Translations under genes and position numbers: made by a program
Assembly: GCA_965243025.1 (NCBI GenBank)
Contig: CBDETY010000003.1
Location: 288,001 to 352,000, forward strand
From: Candidatus Latescibacterota bacterium
GTDB lineage: Bacteria; Latescibacterota; UBA2968; UBA8231
Reading direction: 5' to 3'
DNA: 64,000 nucleotides
The notes under the pieces: generated by a model
Told to the model about the DNA's origin: nothing
Database searches by the model: none
What the model saw: only the letters and a program-made list of their open reading frames with translations
In this document: positions 46,779 through 55,081 of the stretch, one piece after another
How positions within the stretch are numbered: position 1 is the first letter of the stretch
Layout of the letters: each line of letters starts with the position of its first letter

Positions 46779-49556
46779 GTGAACGAGCGAGGCAAGGGAG
46801 CCGGCGGGCTCCTCGTGCTCCTTGCATTCTGTACCCTGGCGGCGGCCCCCGTTTCCTCCCGGGAGGACACGGGAACCCGGCTGGGGGTGCGCCGCGGGGG
46901 GGAGGTGACCTTCGAACCCTACGGCCCCGGCGTCCTGTTCGGGGCTCTCGACCCGGCCGTGAAGAGGTGGTACGTGCCCCAGGAGCTGTTCAACGACTTC
47001 GGCTGGAACCAGTGGGAGTACACCAACTACGCCCGCCGGCAGTTCCAGCGCTACGTCGACTCCGACATCGAGGGGGACTACTACTACGACGTCTACGGCC
47101 GCTTCCTGACCAAGGGCTGGCTGCTGTTCAACTGGACGGTGTCCGAGCCTGAGGCCGCCGGCAGCCGGCTGTTGAAGACGGGGCAGTTCAGCCAGTGGTT
47201 CAGCAACCTCGTGGTCGCCTCGGACTCGAAGGGCCAGTACTTCGCCGCGGCGACCGTGGGCAACCAGATCCGCACCACCCTGACGCCGCTGACCTTCTCC
47301 AAGCCGCTTTTCGACGGCATCCAGATGGACATGGCCTCCGACAAGTACAGGGTCACCGCCATCGCCTCGCGGCCGAGCGGCTTTCGCAGCCTTGCCGGCG
47401 CCCCCAACGAGAGGTCGAACGTCACCAACCTCCTCGGCGGCCGGGCGGCGGCGCAGATCGGGGACTTCGTCGAGCTCGGCGTTACCTACGTCAACGCCTT
47501 CAACGCCCGCACCCGCGGCCAGGCGTTCCAGGGCAATCCCTTCCGCGGCGCCCTGACGGAGGCCCAGAACGCCGACATCACGCAGGTGCAGATCCGCCTG
47601 AGCGACGACTCCCCCCAGGACCCGGCGGGGGCGGCCTTCTTCCTCGAAGAGGTGATCATCACCGACAAGGACGGCAACAGGATCTCCAACCGCCGGCGCC
47701 TCGAGCAGAAGGACGGCAGCCTGAGCCCCGTGCTCGAGTACTCTCCCATCATCGAGGGGGGCTTCCAGCGCGAGGGTTTCCGCACCGCCGACGGCCGCGA
47801 GACGATCACCCTGCGCTACGAGTTCGACGGACCCGACTACCGGGCCGCGGGGGTAGGGCCCCAGCCGGCGGAGATCGCCGCGGTCGAGTTCCGCCTGCTG
47901 CTGGCCAACGACTACCGCATCGACGTCACCTCGAACAACCAGACCAACCAGCTCAACCAGCCGGTGTTCCTGTCCGAGGGCATGCCGGAACGGACCATAC
48001 GGGCTCCGGGCAACGTCAGGGACGGCTCCAACCAGCGCTTCGTCCGCATCGAGTACGGGCTGCCCACGGCCAACGAGATCTACGGCTTCACCCTCGAGTC
48101 GACGGGCGCCCTGGGTTTCGACGTCAACGCCGAGTGGGCCCGCAACCGGCGGCACAAGCGGTTTCCGAGGTTCGCCGAAAACGACGCGACGAAGAACCTC
48201 CACGCGGTGGAGGAATCCGACGCCTGGATGATCAACGTATCGCGGCAGTCTTACCCGTTCTTCCTCTTCGGCGAGGCGTACAGCATGGCCCCGGACTACA
48301 GCACCAGCTCGTACCTCGCCAGCCAGCGCGGCGACACCGGCCCGGTGGACTACGACTCGCAGTCGCAGGGGGTGTTCGAGCTGGTCGACGACAACGACGA
48401 CCAGGACCGCCTCCCCGACTGGCAGCGGGTGGGATCCGGCCTCTCCGCCGACCGCTTCGTGTTCCCGGGCTGGGACGAGAACAACGACTTCATCGCCGAC
48501 TTCAACCAGAACAACGTCGACATCGTGCGGCCCAACCTGAAGCCGGACTGGGAGGAGCCCTTCCTGCGCTACAACGTCGACCGGCCCGAGTACCTGTTCG
48601 GAGTCGACATGAACAACAACGGCGTCGCCGACCGCTTCGAGAACGACGACGAGCCCGACTACCCGTACAAGCGGGACCGCCGCGGCTTCAACGTCTACGG
48701 AGGCGCCTTCCTCGGACCCTGGACGCGGCTGACCGTGGGCCGCCTGGACGAGAGACAGCTCGCCGACGACCGCGCCAACGAGTCGACCTACGCCCTGCTG
48801 ACCTACGAGCGCGACTTCGCCGGCGCCGGGCAGGTGCGCGTCTTCGAGAACCTGCGCCGCGTCAGGGACGACATAAAGGACAACCTGCTGGTCTGGCACA
48901 TCGCCGACGGCATCGCCGGCGAGATCGTCCCCCGCGTCGACCCGCTGCCGATGCGCGACGCCTGGGCGAACACCCTGTACGCCCAGTTCGACCTCGGGCG
49001 CTGGGAGTCGCTGAACTTCACCAGCAAGGTCAAGCACGAGTTCATCCGCCAGGTCGGCTTCGAGGAGTTCCGCGCCGAAAACAGGGTGCTCGCCAGCGAG
49101 GACGTGCGCGAAACCGCGAGCTTCTTCGGCCTCGTCAACAAGGTGGACTACACCCGGGAGTACCGCGGCCTGCTGGTTCAGCCCCGCTGGAAAAGCGAGT
49201 TCCAGCGCAGCGCGCCCTCCCTGAAGGAGAGCCAGTTCGAGCGCGCGACGACGGAGCTGCGGGAGTCGGTTTTCCTGATCGTCCGCATGCCGGTCCTGTC
49301 GCGCAGCTCGGTGCAGCTCGGGGCCGAGTACCTGTGGATGAAACAGTTCCGGGACAGCGCCAGGAACACCCTGGCCGGCTCGCCTCGCAGCGAACTGGTC
49401 GGCGCCCTGCAGGTGCTCAACCGCACCCCTTACCAGGGGTACGAGATCTTCACCGAGTACGGCCTGCGCGTCTCGAGGATCGACATCGAGTTCCTCGAAG
49501 GGGCGCGCACCGAGACGTTCCTCTTCTTCGCCATGTACGCCGGTTTCGGGAGCTGA
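46779..49556 (+). CDS. Family A exported protein (925 aa)
   Basis: GTG 46779 after AAGGGAGGG; signal peptide; GPGVLFGALDPAVKRWYVPQEL, IRTTLTPLTFSKP, YGLPTAN, GWDENNDFIADFNQN; ends FFAMYAGFGS. Confidence 0.82.
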   Translation: MNERGKGAGGLLVLLAFCTLAAAPVSSREDTGTRLGVRRGGEVTFEPYGPGVLFGALDPAVKRWYVPQELFNDFGWNQWEYTNYARRQFQRYVDSDIEGDYYYDVYGRFLTKGWLLFNWTVSEPEAAGSRLLKTGQFSQWFSNLVVASDSKGQYFAAATVGNQIRTTLTPLTFSKPLFDGIQMDMASDKYRVTAIASRPSGFRSLAGAPNERSNVTNLLGGRAAAQIGDFVELGVTYVNAFNARTRGQAFQGNPFRGALTEAQNADITQVQIRLSDDSPQDPAGAAFFLEEVIITDKDGNRISNRRRLEQKDGSLSPVLEYSPIIEGGFQREGFRTADGRETITLRYEFDGPDYRAAGVGPQPAEIAAVEFRLLLANDYRIDVTSNNQTNQLNQPVFLSEGMPERTIRAPGNVRDGSNQRFVRIEYGLPTANEIYGFTLESTGALGFDVNAEWARNRRHKRFPRFAENDATKNLHAVEESDAWMINVSRQSYPFFLFGEAYSMAPDYSTSSYLASQRGDTGPVDYDSQSQGVFELVDDNDDQDRLPDWQRVGSGLSADRFVFPGWDENNDFIADFNQNNVDIVRPNLKPDWEEPFLRYNVDRPEYLFGVDMNNNGVADRFENDDEPDYPYKRDRRGFNVYGGAFLGPWTRLTVGRLDERQLADDRANESTYALLTYERDFAGAGQVRVFENLRRVRDDIKDNLLVWHIADGIAGEIVPRVDPLPMRDAWANTLYAQFDLGRWESLNFTSKVKHEFIRQVGFEEFRAENRVLASEDVRETASFFGLVNKVDYTREYRGLLVQPRWKSEFQRSAPSLKESQFERATTELRESVFLIVRMPVLSRSSVQLGAEYLWMKQFRDSARNTLAGSPRSELVGALQVLNRTPYQGYEIFTEYGLRVSRIDIEFLEGARTETFLFFAMYAGFGS

Positions 49557-49561
49557 CGGTC

Positions 49562-50308
49562 ATGACGGTTCGAGCCATCTGTCGGGCCGCATGCGCGGCG
49601 GCGGTCTTTCTCGCCGGCGCCTGCGCCTGGAAACCTTACGCCGGGGAGCTGCGCGCCAGCTCCGAGGAGCGGCAGGCGGGCGGCACCACCGTTGCCGACG
49701 ACGGCACGGTCACCTTTGTCCGCGACCGCCTCGAGGTGCGGCTGCGGCCGGTCAGCGACGCCGAGCTCGAGCGCCAGTTCGGGGGCGGCGGCCAGGGTCC
49801 GGAAAGCGAGAACCCGTTCACCTTCGGGGGCACCCGGGACGTCTACTCCGGCAGCCGCCAGCAGCGGTTCACGGTGTTCCTGCTCGGGATCAAGAACTAC
49901 CAGTATCCCAAGGTCCGCCTCGACGGGGAGGTCGTCGTCGAAGCGGACAACGGCCGCAAGTACTACGATCTCTCGGAAAGCCAGCTGGACCGCTACTTCC
50001 GCGCCTACGCCATCGGCTACCGCGGCAACGAGTACGGGGTGTACAAGGAACGCCGGGCGGTCCTGCAGTCGACGATGTTCACCCGTGCGGAGGTCTTCAG
50101 CGGCCAGGAGACGGAGGGGTACCTGCTGTTCGAGCCGTTGCACGGCGACGTTTCTGAGATGACGGTCGTCGTCAGGAACCTCGTGGTCCGCTTCGACTAC
50201 CGGGGGGAGCCGGTCGAGTCGATCGAGGCGCGCTTCCGCTTCGAGCGCGACCTCGGGCGGCAGTACCCCGACGGCACCGTGAAGCTGTCGGAAGGGGGAG
50301 GGGAATGA
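49562..50308 (+). CDS. Hypothetical lipoprotein (248 aa)
   Basis: ATG 5 nt after the family A stop; lipobox VFLAGAC; ENPFTFG and FTVFLLGIKNYQYPKV; its stop overlaps the PPIase start. Confidence 0.78.
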   Translation: MTVRAICRAACAAAVFLAGACAWKPYAGELRASSEERQAGGTTVADDGTVTFVRDRLEVRLRPVSDAELERQFGGGGQGPESENPFTFGGTRDVYSGSRQQRFTVFLLGIKNYQYPKVRLDGEVVVEADNGRKYYDLSESQLDRYFRAYAIGYRGNEYGVYKERRAVLQSTMFTRAEVFSGQETEGYLLFEPLHGDVSEMTVVVRNLVVRFDYRGEPVESIEARFRFERDLGRQYPDGTVKLSEGGGE

Positions 50309-51741
50309 GGCCGGGTCTCCTGCCGGCCGGACTCCTGTGGCTGGCGCTCCTTGCCGGTTGCGGGAGCCGCGGACAGGAAGAGGGGCCGCTGGTCGAGGTC
50401 GGGGAAGAGGGGATCGCCGCCGCCGACTTTCGCGAGTACCGCGACCGCCTGCCGGAGAGCTACCGGTCGCCCGCTGGGGAGGATGGGGTCAGGAAGCTGC
50501 TGCAGGCGCTGGTCGACCGCGAGGTCATGGTGCTGGAGGCCGAGCGGCTCGGCTATCACGAGGACCCGGAATTCCGCGCCCGGCGCCATAGGCTGACCGT
50601 CGAGCGGCTCATGCAGGAGGTGCAGCACGACGAGTTCGGCGGAGACCTCCGGGTCACCGAGGAGGAGATCCGCAGGATCTACGAAGAGCGCCACTGGAAC
50701 AGGAGGATCCTGCCGGCGCACATCGTCTGCGCCTCGCAGGAGGAGGCGCGCGAAGTCATAAGGCTCCTCGACGAGGGGCGGGATTTCCACGAGCTGGCGC
50801 GCGAGCGGTCGCTGGCCGCCGACGCCGCCGGCGGGGGGTTTCTCGATCAGTACTTCGCCCCCGGGGATGCGATGGGGAACCTGGTGGAGGGAGTCTACGG
50901 ACTTCCCGTGGGGGCGTACACGCCGGAGCCGCTGAAGACCAACGACGGCTGGGAGGTGGTCAAGGTCCTCGACGAGGAGGAGGTGTCCCTGGAGCAGGTG
51001 CGCCCCCGGCTCGCCCGCGCCGCCCACAGGGAGAAGTTCCTCGCCCTGCGCAGGGAGTTCGTCGCGCGCCTGCAGGGGAAGTTCGGGCCTGCTGAAGGGG
51101 GCGCTTCCGGTTCCGGGGGAGCGGCGCCGGAATCGCTCCTGGTCGCCGAGGCGCGCTCCCGCGGCATGGACCAGTCCCCTGAGTACCTGCAGTTCGAGCG
51201 CTCCCTCTACGAGCGCATGCTGATTACCCTGCTGCGGCGCAGGCAGGTCCTGGAGAACATCCCGGTCAGCGGGGAAGAGGTGGAGTCGGCGTACCTGCAG
51301 GAGCAGGAGGAGTTCCGCCTTCCGGCGCGCGTCCAGGGAACGCGCCTGCTGGTCGGGTCCGCCGAACAGGGCCGCGACGTCGCCGGACGCCTCCGCGCCG
51401 GGGAAGAGCCGGAGGTCGTGGCCCGGGAACTGGGGCTGACGCTGGGTCACATACACATCCCCGAGACCGACCCGGCATACCGGAGGTTCGCCGGCGCCGA
51501 GGCCGGCGACGTGGTCGGGCCGGTGGAGGTGCAGTCCCGGTTCGAGGTCCTCCACGTCGATGCCCTCACACCGGCGCGCCTGCGCCCCCTCGAGGAGGTG
51601 CGGCACATGGTGCGCCACCGCCTGCGGCTGCGCCGCATCAACGAGGCGTTCGAGACCTATATCCGCGGCTTGCGCGGCCGCTACGAGGGCGAGGTGACCT
51701 GGCACGACGACCGCATCCGCCGGCTGGCCGAGGGGGCCTGA
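50305..51741 (+). CDS. SurA/PrsA-like peptidyl-prolyl isomerase lipoprotein (478 aa)
   Basis: Lipobox LLAGC; AHIVC...GRDFHELARERS...GGFL rotamase motif; second degenerate rotamase GEEPEVVARE...GDVVGPV...RPLEEVR. Confidence 0.85.
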   Translation: MRPGLLPAGLLWLALLAGCGSRGQEEGPLVEVGEEGIAAADFREYRDRLPESYRSPAGEDGVRKLLQALVDREVMVLEAERLGYHEDPEFRARRHRLTVERLMQEVQHDEFGGDLRVTEEEIRRIYEERHWNRRILPAHIVCASQEEAREVIRLLDEGRDFHELARERSLAADAAGGGFLDQYFAPGDAMGNLVEGVYGLPVGAYTPEPLKTNDGWEVVKVLDEEEVSLEQVRPRLARAAHREKFLALRREFVARLQGKFGPAEGGASGSGGAAPESLLVAEARSRGMDQSPEYLQFERSLYERMLITLLRRRQVLENIPVSGEEVESAYLQEQEEFRLPARVQGTRLLVGSAEQGRDVAGRLRAGEEPEVVARELGLTLGHIHIPETDPAYRRFAGAEAGDVVGPVEVQSRFEVLHVDALTPARLRPLEEVRHMVRHRLRLRRINEAFETYIRGLRGRYEGEVTWHDDRIRRLAEGA

Positions 51742-51746
51742 CACCG

Positions 51747-54722
51747 ATGCCGGACCGACGCGGACTCCCCCGCTTCCACCTCGCCGGCGGGCTCGCCCTC
51801 GCCGGGGCTCTCGCGGTCCTGCCCGGCGCCCTCGGAGCCGGCGCCTGGCGCATAGGGGACGGCGGCCAGCCCTGGAGGACGTTTCCCGTCAGCTACCGCC
51901 TCGACGCCGGCGAGGTGTTCAGGCACGACTTCATCTGGGGCGGCCCGCACGCGGTGGAGATCGTCGTCGACGACGACGGCGACGGCCTGGTCGACGAGGA
52001 TCCGGTGGAGATTGTCGACAACGACGGCGACGGGTTGTTCAACGAGGACCCGGCGGACGGCATCGACAGCGACCGCGACGGCCTGGTCGACGAGGACGGG
52101 GTCGAGCCGCAGTTCGACAACGACGGGGACGGCCTGCTCAACGAGGACGGGATGCGCACCGGCGGGGTGGTGTACGAACCGGTCCTGCGCGCCCAGATGG
52201 AGAGTCCTCCTTTCGGACGGTACCCCACGCCGGAGGCGGCAGCCGGCGACCCGGAAGGCCGCGGGACCGGCTGGGGCGACGGCGGCGGGTACGGCTGGGG
52301 GGACGACGACCGCGACGTCAACTTCAACGAGGACGGCATCGACGGGGTCGACAACGACGGCGACGGCCTCGTCGACGAGGATCCCCCCGGGCCCCCGGTG
52401 CCGCTGCCCGGAAGCCTGCTGCAGGTGGTGTTCGCCTACGACGGCGACGGGTACACCGAGGCCGAGCGCCGGGCAATCCCCTTTTCCTGGGACCCGGGCA
52501 GCTCCCTCTTCGTCGGAGAAGGGCCCCGCGGGGAGGTCACCGCCGTTGCCGGGGAACGCCGCCTCAACCCCAGCGACTGGCTGCGGCCGATCCGCCTCGA
52601 CGAAACCCGGAACATCAGCCTGCTGACGGCCGACCGCTTCTACAGCGGGGAGTTCTTCACCGATCCGACCAACTCGTCCAACTGGAACTCCGGGACCGGG
52701 GGCAGCGCCCACGCCGACGCCAGGGGCCACGGCATAGTGGCCGACGGCGACATCTTCACGGCGCGGACCGCCGTCGGCAGGGCGTTCTGGGGGGGCGGGT
52801 ACCACATCCACTTCAACGCCCTCTTCTGGCTCGACCTGATCCGCCTGAGGCCGCGCCCCGACTTCCCGGAGCGCACCCCGACCACCTTCGACATCTGGTA
52901 CGCCGGCGACAGGGAGAGGCATTTCCGGACCAACATCCTTCTCGGTGAGCTGGTGACCAAAATGGACGTCCGCGATCCGATCGTTCCCCGCCAGACGGAC
53001 CGGATCAGGCCGGCGATCAAGGAGTACCGGTTCGGGGAGGGAGAGGAGTTCGACCCGGTGAAGGCGCGCATCCTGCAGTTCGAGAGCTGGATGTCGTCGG
53101 TGGAGTCGTGGGAGCTGGCCGAGTTCCAGGTATACGGACACGGCTACGCCCTCGACGCGGCGTACGCGACCGAGATCATCGACGTGGGCACGGCGCAGCC
53201 GCGGTTCCGCCGCTACTTCGACCCGAACGACCCGGACCGGCCCATCGCCATGGAAAAGATCCAGACCTTCGACGGCGACGACGACGGGAGCATTTCCGCT
53301 TCCGAGCAGGCTACCGCCATGCTCGCAGGGCAGTTCGACCCCGGGGAGCCCGGCAATCCCGTCACCTGGGGGCGGGTGCGCTGGCACGGGCGGATCGAGG
53401 GGGACGGGAATGCCGAGATCCGGGTGCGGTCCGGTTCGACCCTCGATACGCGCATCTACCAGCGCAAGGTGGGCCGGGGATTGCTGTCTCCCTTCGCCGG
53501 CTCCCCCATCGTCGCGGACTGGCCGGCCCCGGGAAGCCGCCTCGACGTCACCGCGTTCCTTCAGCTTTCGGGATTGCAGCGTCCGCTGGTGAGGGACCTG
53601 CCGCTCAACCTCGAGACGGATCTCGACGGCGTTCCGGGGGGATGGACGCCGTGGTCGGCGCCCCTCCCCTTCGCGGCGGGCCTGGTTGAGGCGGAAGCGG
53701 AATCGGGCGGCGTGGCGCTGCCGCTGCCGCCCCTTCACCGCTACATCCAGTTCCGCGTCGATTTCGAGAGCGGCGAGCACAGCGGAGTCAGTCTCGACTA
53801 TATCGAGTTCGATTTCGCCGATCCCGTCGTCAGCCGCGGCGTTCTTGCCGAGATCTTCCCGGCGACCGCGGACGCCCTCGGAAGTCCGCTGCCGTTCCGC
53901 TACGTACTCAGGCCGGACCTGGCCCCCGGCGATGCCGGTTTCGACCGCATCGAGATCGCCGTGCCGTCCCCCGGGGCCGCTATCGATTCGCTGCTGGTCG
54001 ACGATCTGCGCTGGGAGCGCATCCTGCCCGCCGCTCCGGACGGCCTCTCCGAAACCGCTGCCTCCGAGTGGATACGGGAGCGGCTGGCGAGCCGCGCCTG
54101 GCTCGACACCGCCCAGGTCAGCGGCGACCGGTTCGCCGCGGCCACCTGGTTCGACCCGGAGTCGGGATCACACAGGCTCGCCCTCAAGACCCGCCTGCTC
54201 ACCTCGGCGGACTTCCCCCGGGGCCAGGACCGCGAGATCGAAGTGGCCCTGACGACCCCCCTGTTCAGGCTCCTCACCGGATTCGACAGCTGGGTCTCGA
54301 ACCAGGCCGCCGGGACGGACCTGAAGCAGCCGACCCAGCCCGGCAACGCCTCCGACCGCCTGCCGTCGGATGCGGTGCAGGTTACTGTCCCCTCCGCCGG
54401 GCGGGCCCTGGAAATCCGCGGCTTCGCTCCCAATCCGTTCACCCCGAACGGCGACGGCGTCAACGACGCCACCAGGTGGACTCTCGACCTCTTCATGCTG
54501 ACTTCCGCGGCCGGGGTCTCGGTGAGCATCCACGATCTCGACGGGCGCCAGGTGCGCCGGCTCGAGGAGCTGGCATCGTCCGGCCGGCTCACCGTCGAGT
54601 GGGACGGCCGCGACGGGACGGGTGAGCGTGTCCTCCCGGGGATCTACCTCTACCGGCTGTTCGTCGACAGCGACACCGGGGAGGACAACGAGCTGCTGGG
54701 AACGGTAGCCGTAGCCTACTAG
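51747..54722 (+). CDS. Family B secreted protein with N-terminal acidic DxDGDGLxxED repeats (991 aa)
   Basis: Signal peptide; six D(N/D/S)DxDxxxxED units; ELAEFQVYGHGY; WTPWSAPL; GFDRIEI; PNPFTPNGDGVND...PGIY...VAVAY. Confidence 0.82.
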   Translation: MPDRRGLPRFHLAGGLALAGALAVLPGALGAGAWRIGDGGQPWRTFPVSYRLDAGEVFRHDFIWGGPHAVEIVVDDDGDGLVDEDPVEIVDNDGDGLFNEDPADGIDSDRDGLVDEDGVEPQFDNDGDGLLNEDGMRTGGVVYEPVLRAQMESPPFGRYPTPEAAAGDPEGRGTGWGDGGGYGWGDDDRDVNFNEDGIDGVDNDGDGLVDEDPPGPPVPLPGSLLQVVFAYDGDGYTEAERRAIPFSWDPGSSLFVGEGPRGEVTAVAGERRLNPSDWLRPIRLDETRNISLLTADRFYSGEFFTDPTNSSNWNSGTGGSAHADARGHGIVADGDIFTARTAVGRAFWGGGYHIHFNALFWLDLIRLRPRPDFPERTPTTFDIWYAGDRERHFRTNILLGELVTKMDVRDPIVPRQTDRIRPAIKEYRFGEGEEFDPVKARILQFESWMSSVESWELAEFQVYGHGYALDAAYATEIIDVGTAQPRFRRYFDPNDPDRPIAMEKIQTFDGDDDGSISASEQATAMLAGQFDPGEPGNPVTWGRVRWHGRIEGDGNAEIRVRSGSTLDTRIYQRKVGRGLLSPFAGSPIVADWPAPGSRLDVTAFLQLSGLQRPLVRDLPLNLETDLDGVPGGWTPWSAPLPFAAGLVEAEAESGGVALPLPPLHRYIQFRVDFESGEHSGVSLDYIEFDFADPVVSRGVLAEIFPATADALGSPLPFRYVLRPDLAPGDAGFDRIEIAVPSPGAAIDSLLVDDLRWERILPAAPDGLSETAASEWIRERLASRAWLDTAQVSGDRFAAATWFDPESGSHRLALKTRLLTSADFPRGQDREIEVALTTPLFRLLTGFDSWVSNQAAGTDLKQPTQPGNASDRLPSDAVQVTVPSAGRALEIRGFAPNPFTPNGDGVNDATRWTLDLFMLTSAAGVSVSIHDLDGRQVRRLEELASSGRLTVEWDGRDGTGERVLPGIYLYRLFVDSDTGEDNELLGTVAVAY

Positions 54723-54740
54723 CCGGGCCTGCCTGCCGGT
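54636..54740 (+). repeat. 105-bp direct repeat, copy 1 (3' end of the family B gene plus 18 nt downstream)
   Basis: Ungapped match to 56608-56712 with 14 mismatches by manual count (about 87% identity). Confidence 0.9.
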
Positions 54741-54749
54741 CCGTTTCCC

Positions 54750-54783
54750 AGTCCGGGCAGCCGCCAGCCCCGCCCGGACTTTT
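54750..54783 (+). terminator. Intrinsic terminator ending the plus-strand operon
   Basis: Perfect 9-bp stem AGTCCGGGC / GCCCGGACT followed by a short T run. Confidence 0.6.
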
Positions 54784-55081
54784 CCGGCGTTCCAACCGCT
54801 GAACAAGCCCCCACCAGTGCGGCGGCGGGCGTACCGGGGAGCGACCCCTCTGATTTGGCGCGTGTCAATGGTGGCAGAACAATACTGATTTTTCTCTCTC
54901 CCCGGTCCGGCCAATACCACTGTTTCCCTACCCTGGCCAATACGCCGAATACTCCCACGGCAAGTACCACCGCAGGCCCTGCAAAGTATCATCCCAGGGC
55001 TCCCTGACACCTGCAACTCCAAACCTTGACGGCGGGCCCCAAAAGGCGTGCCTTACCAAACCTTCGGGTAAAGGAGGAGAT

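Noticed and set aside
12273-47195. Long N-terminal extensions in the ORF track (12273, 17935, 27146, 30220, 30954, 43071, 47195) suggesting giant fusion proteins
   Set aside because: The extensions lie inside upstream genes in another frame. Internal starts with an RBS or stop overlap and a signal peptide explain them.
2233-49037. Very long ORFs opposite real genes (e.g. 2233..6069 +, 9913..13017 -, 22092..25325 +, 43224..49037 -) and many Arg/Pro/Gly-rich same-strand ORFs
   Set aside because: Antisense or off-frame shadows caused by high GC3 codon bias; they have no motifs or RBS and overlap well-supported genes.
15653-54722. Calling the operons a canonical T9SS or flagellar (flgD) locus
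   Set aside because: No recognisable porK/L/M/N, sprA, porU/V or flagellar genes are in the window; only the C-terminal domain resembles those systems.
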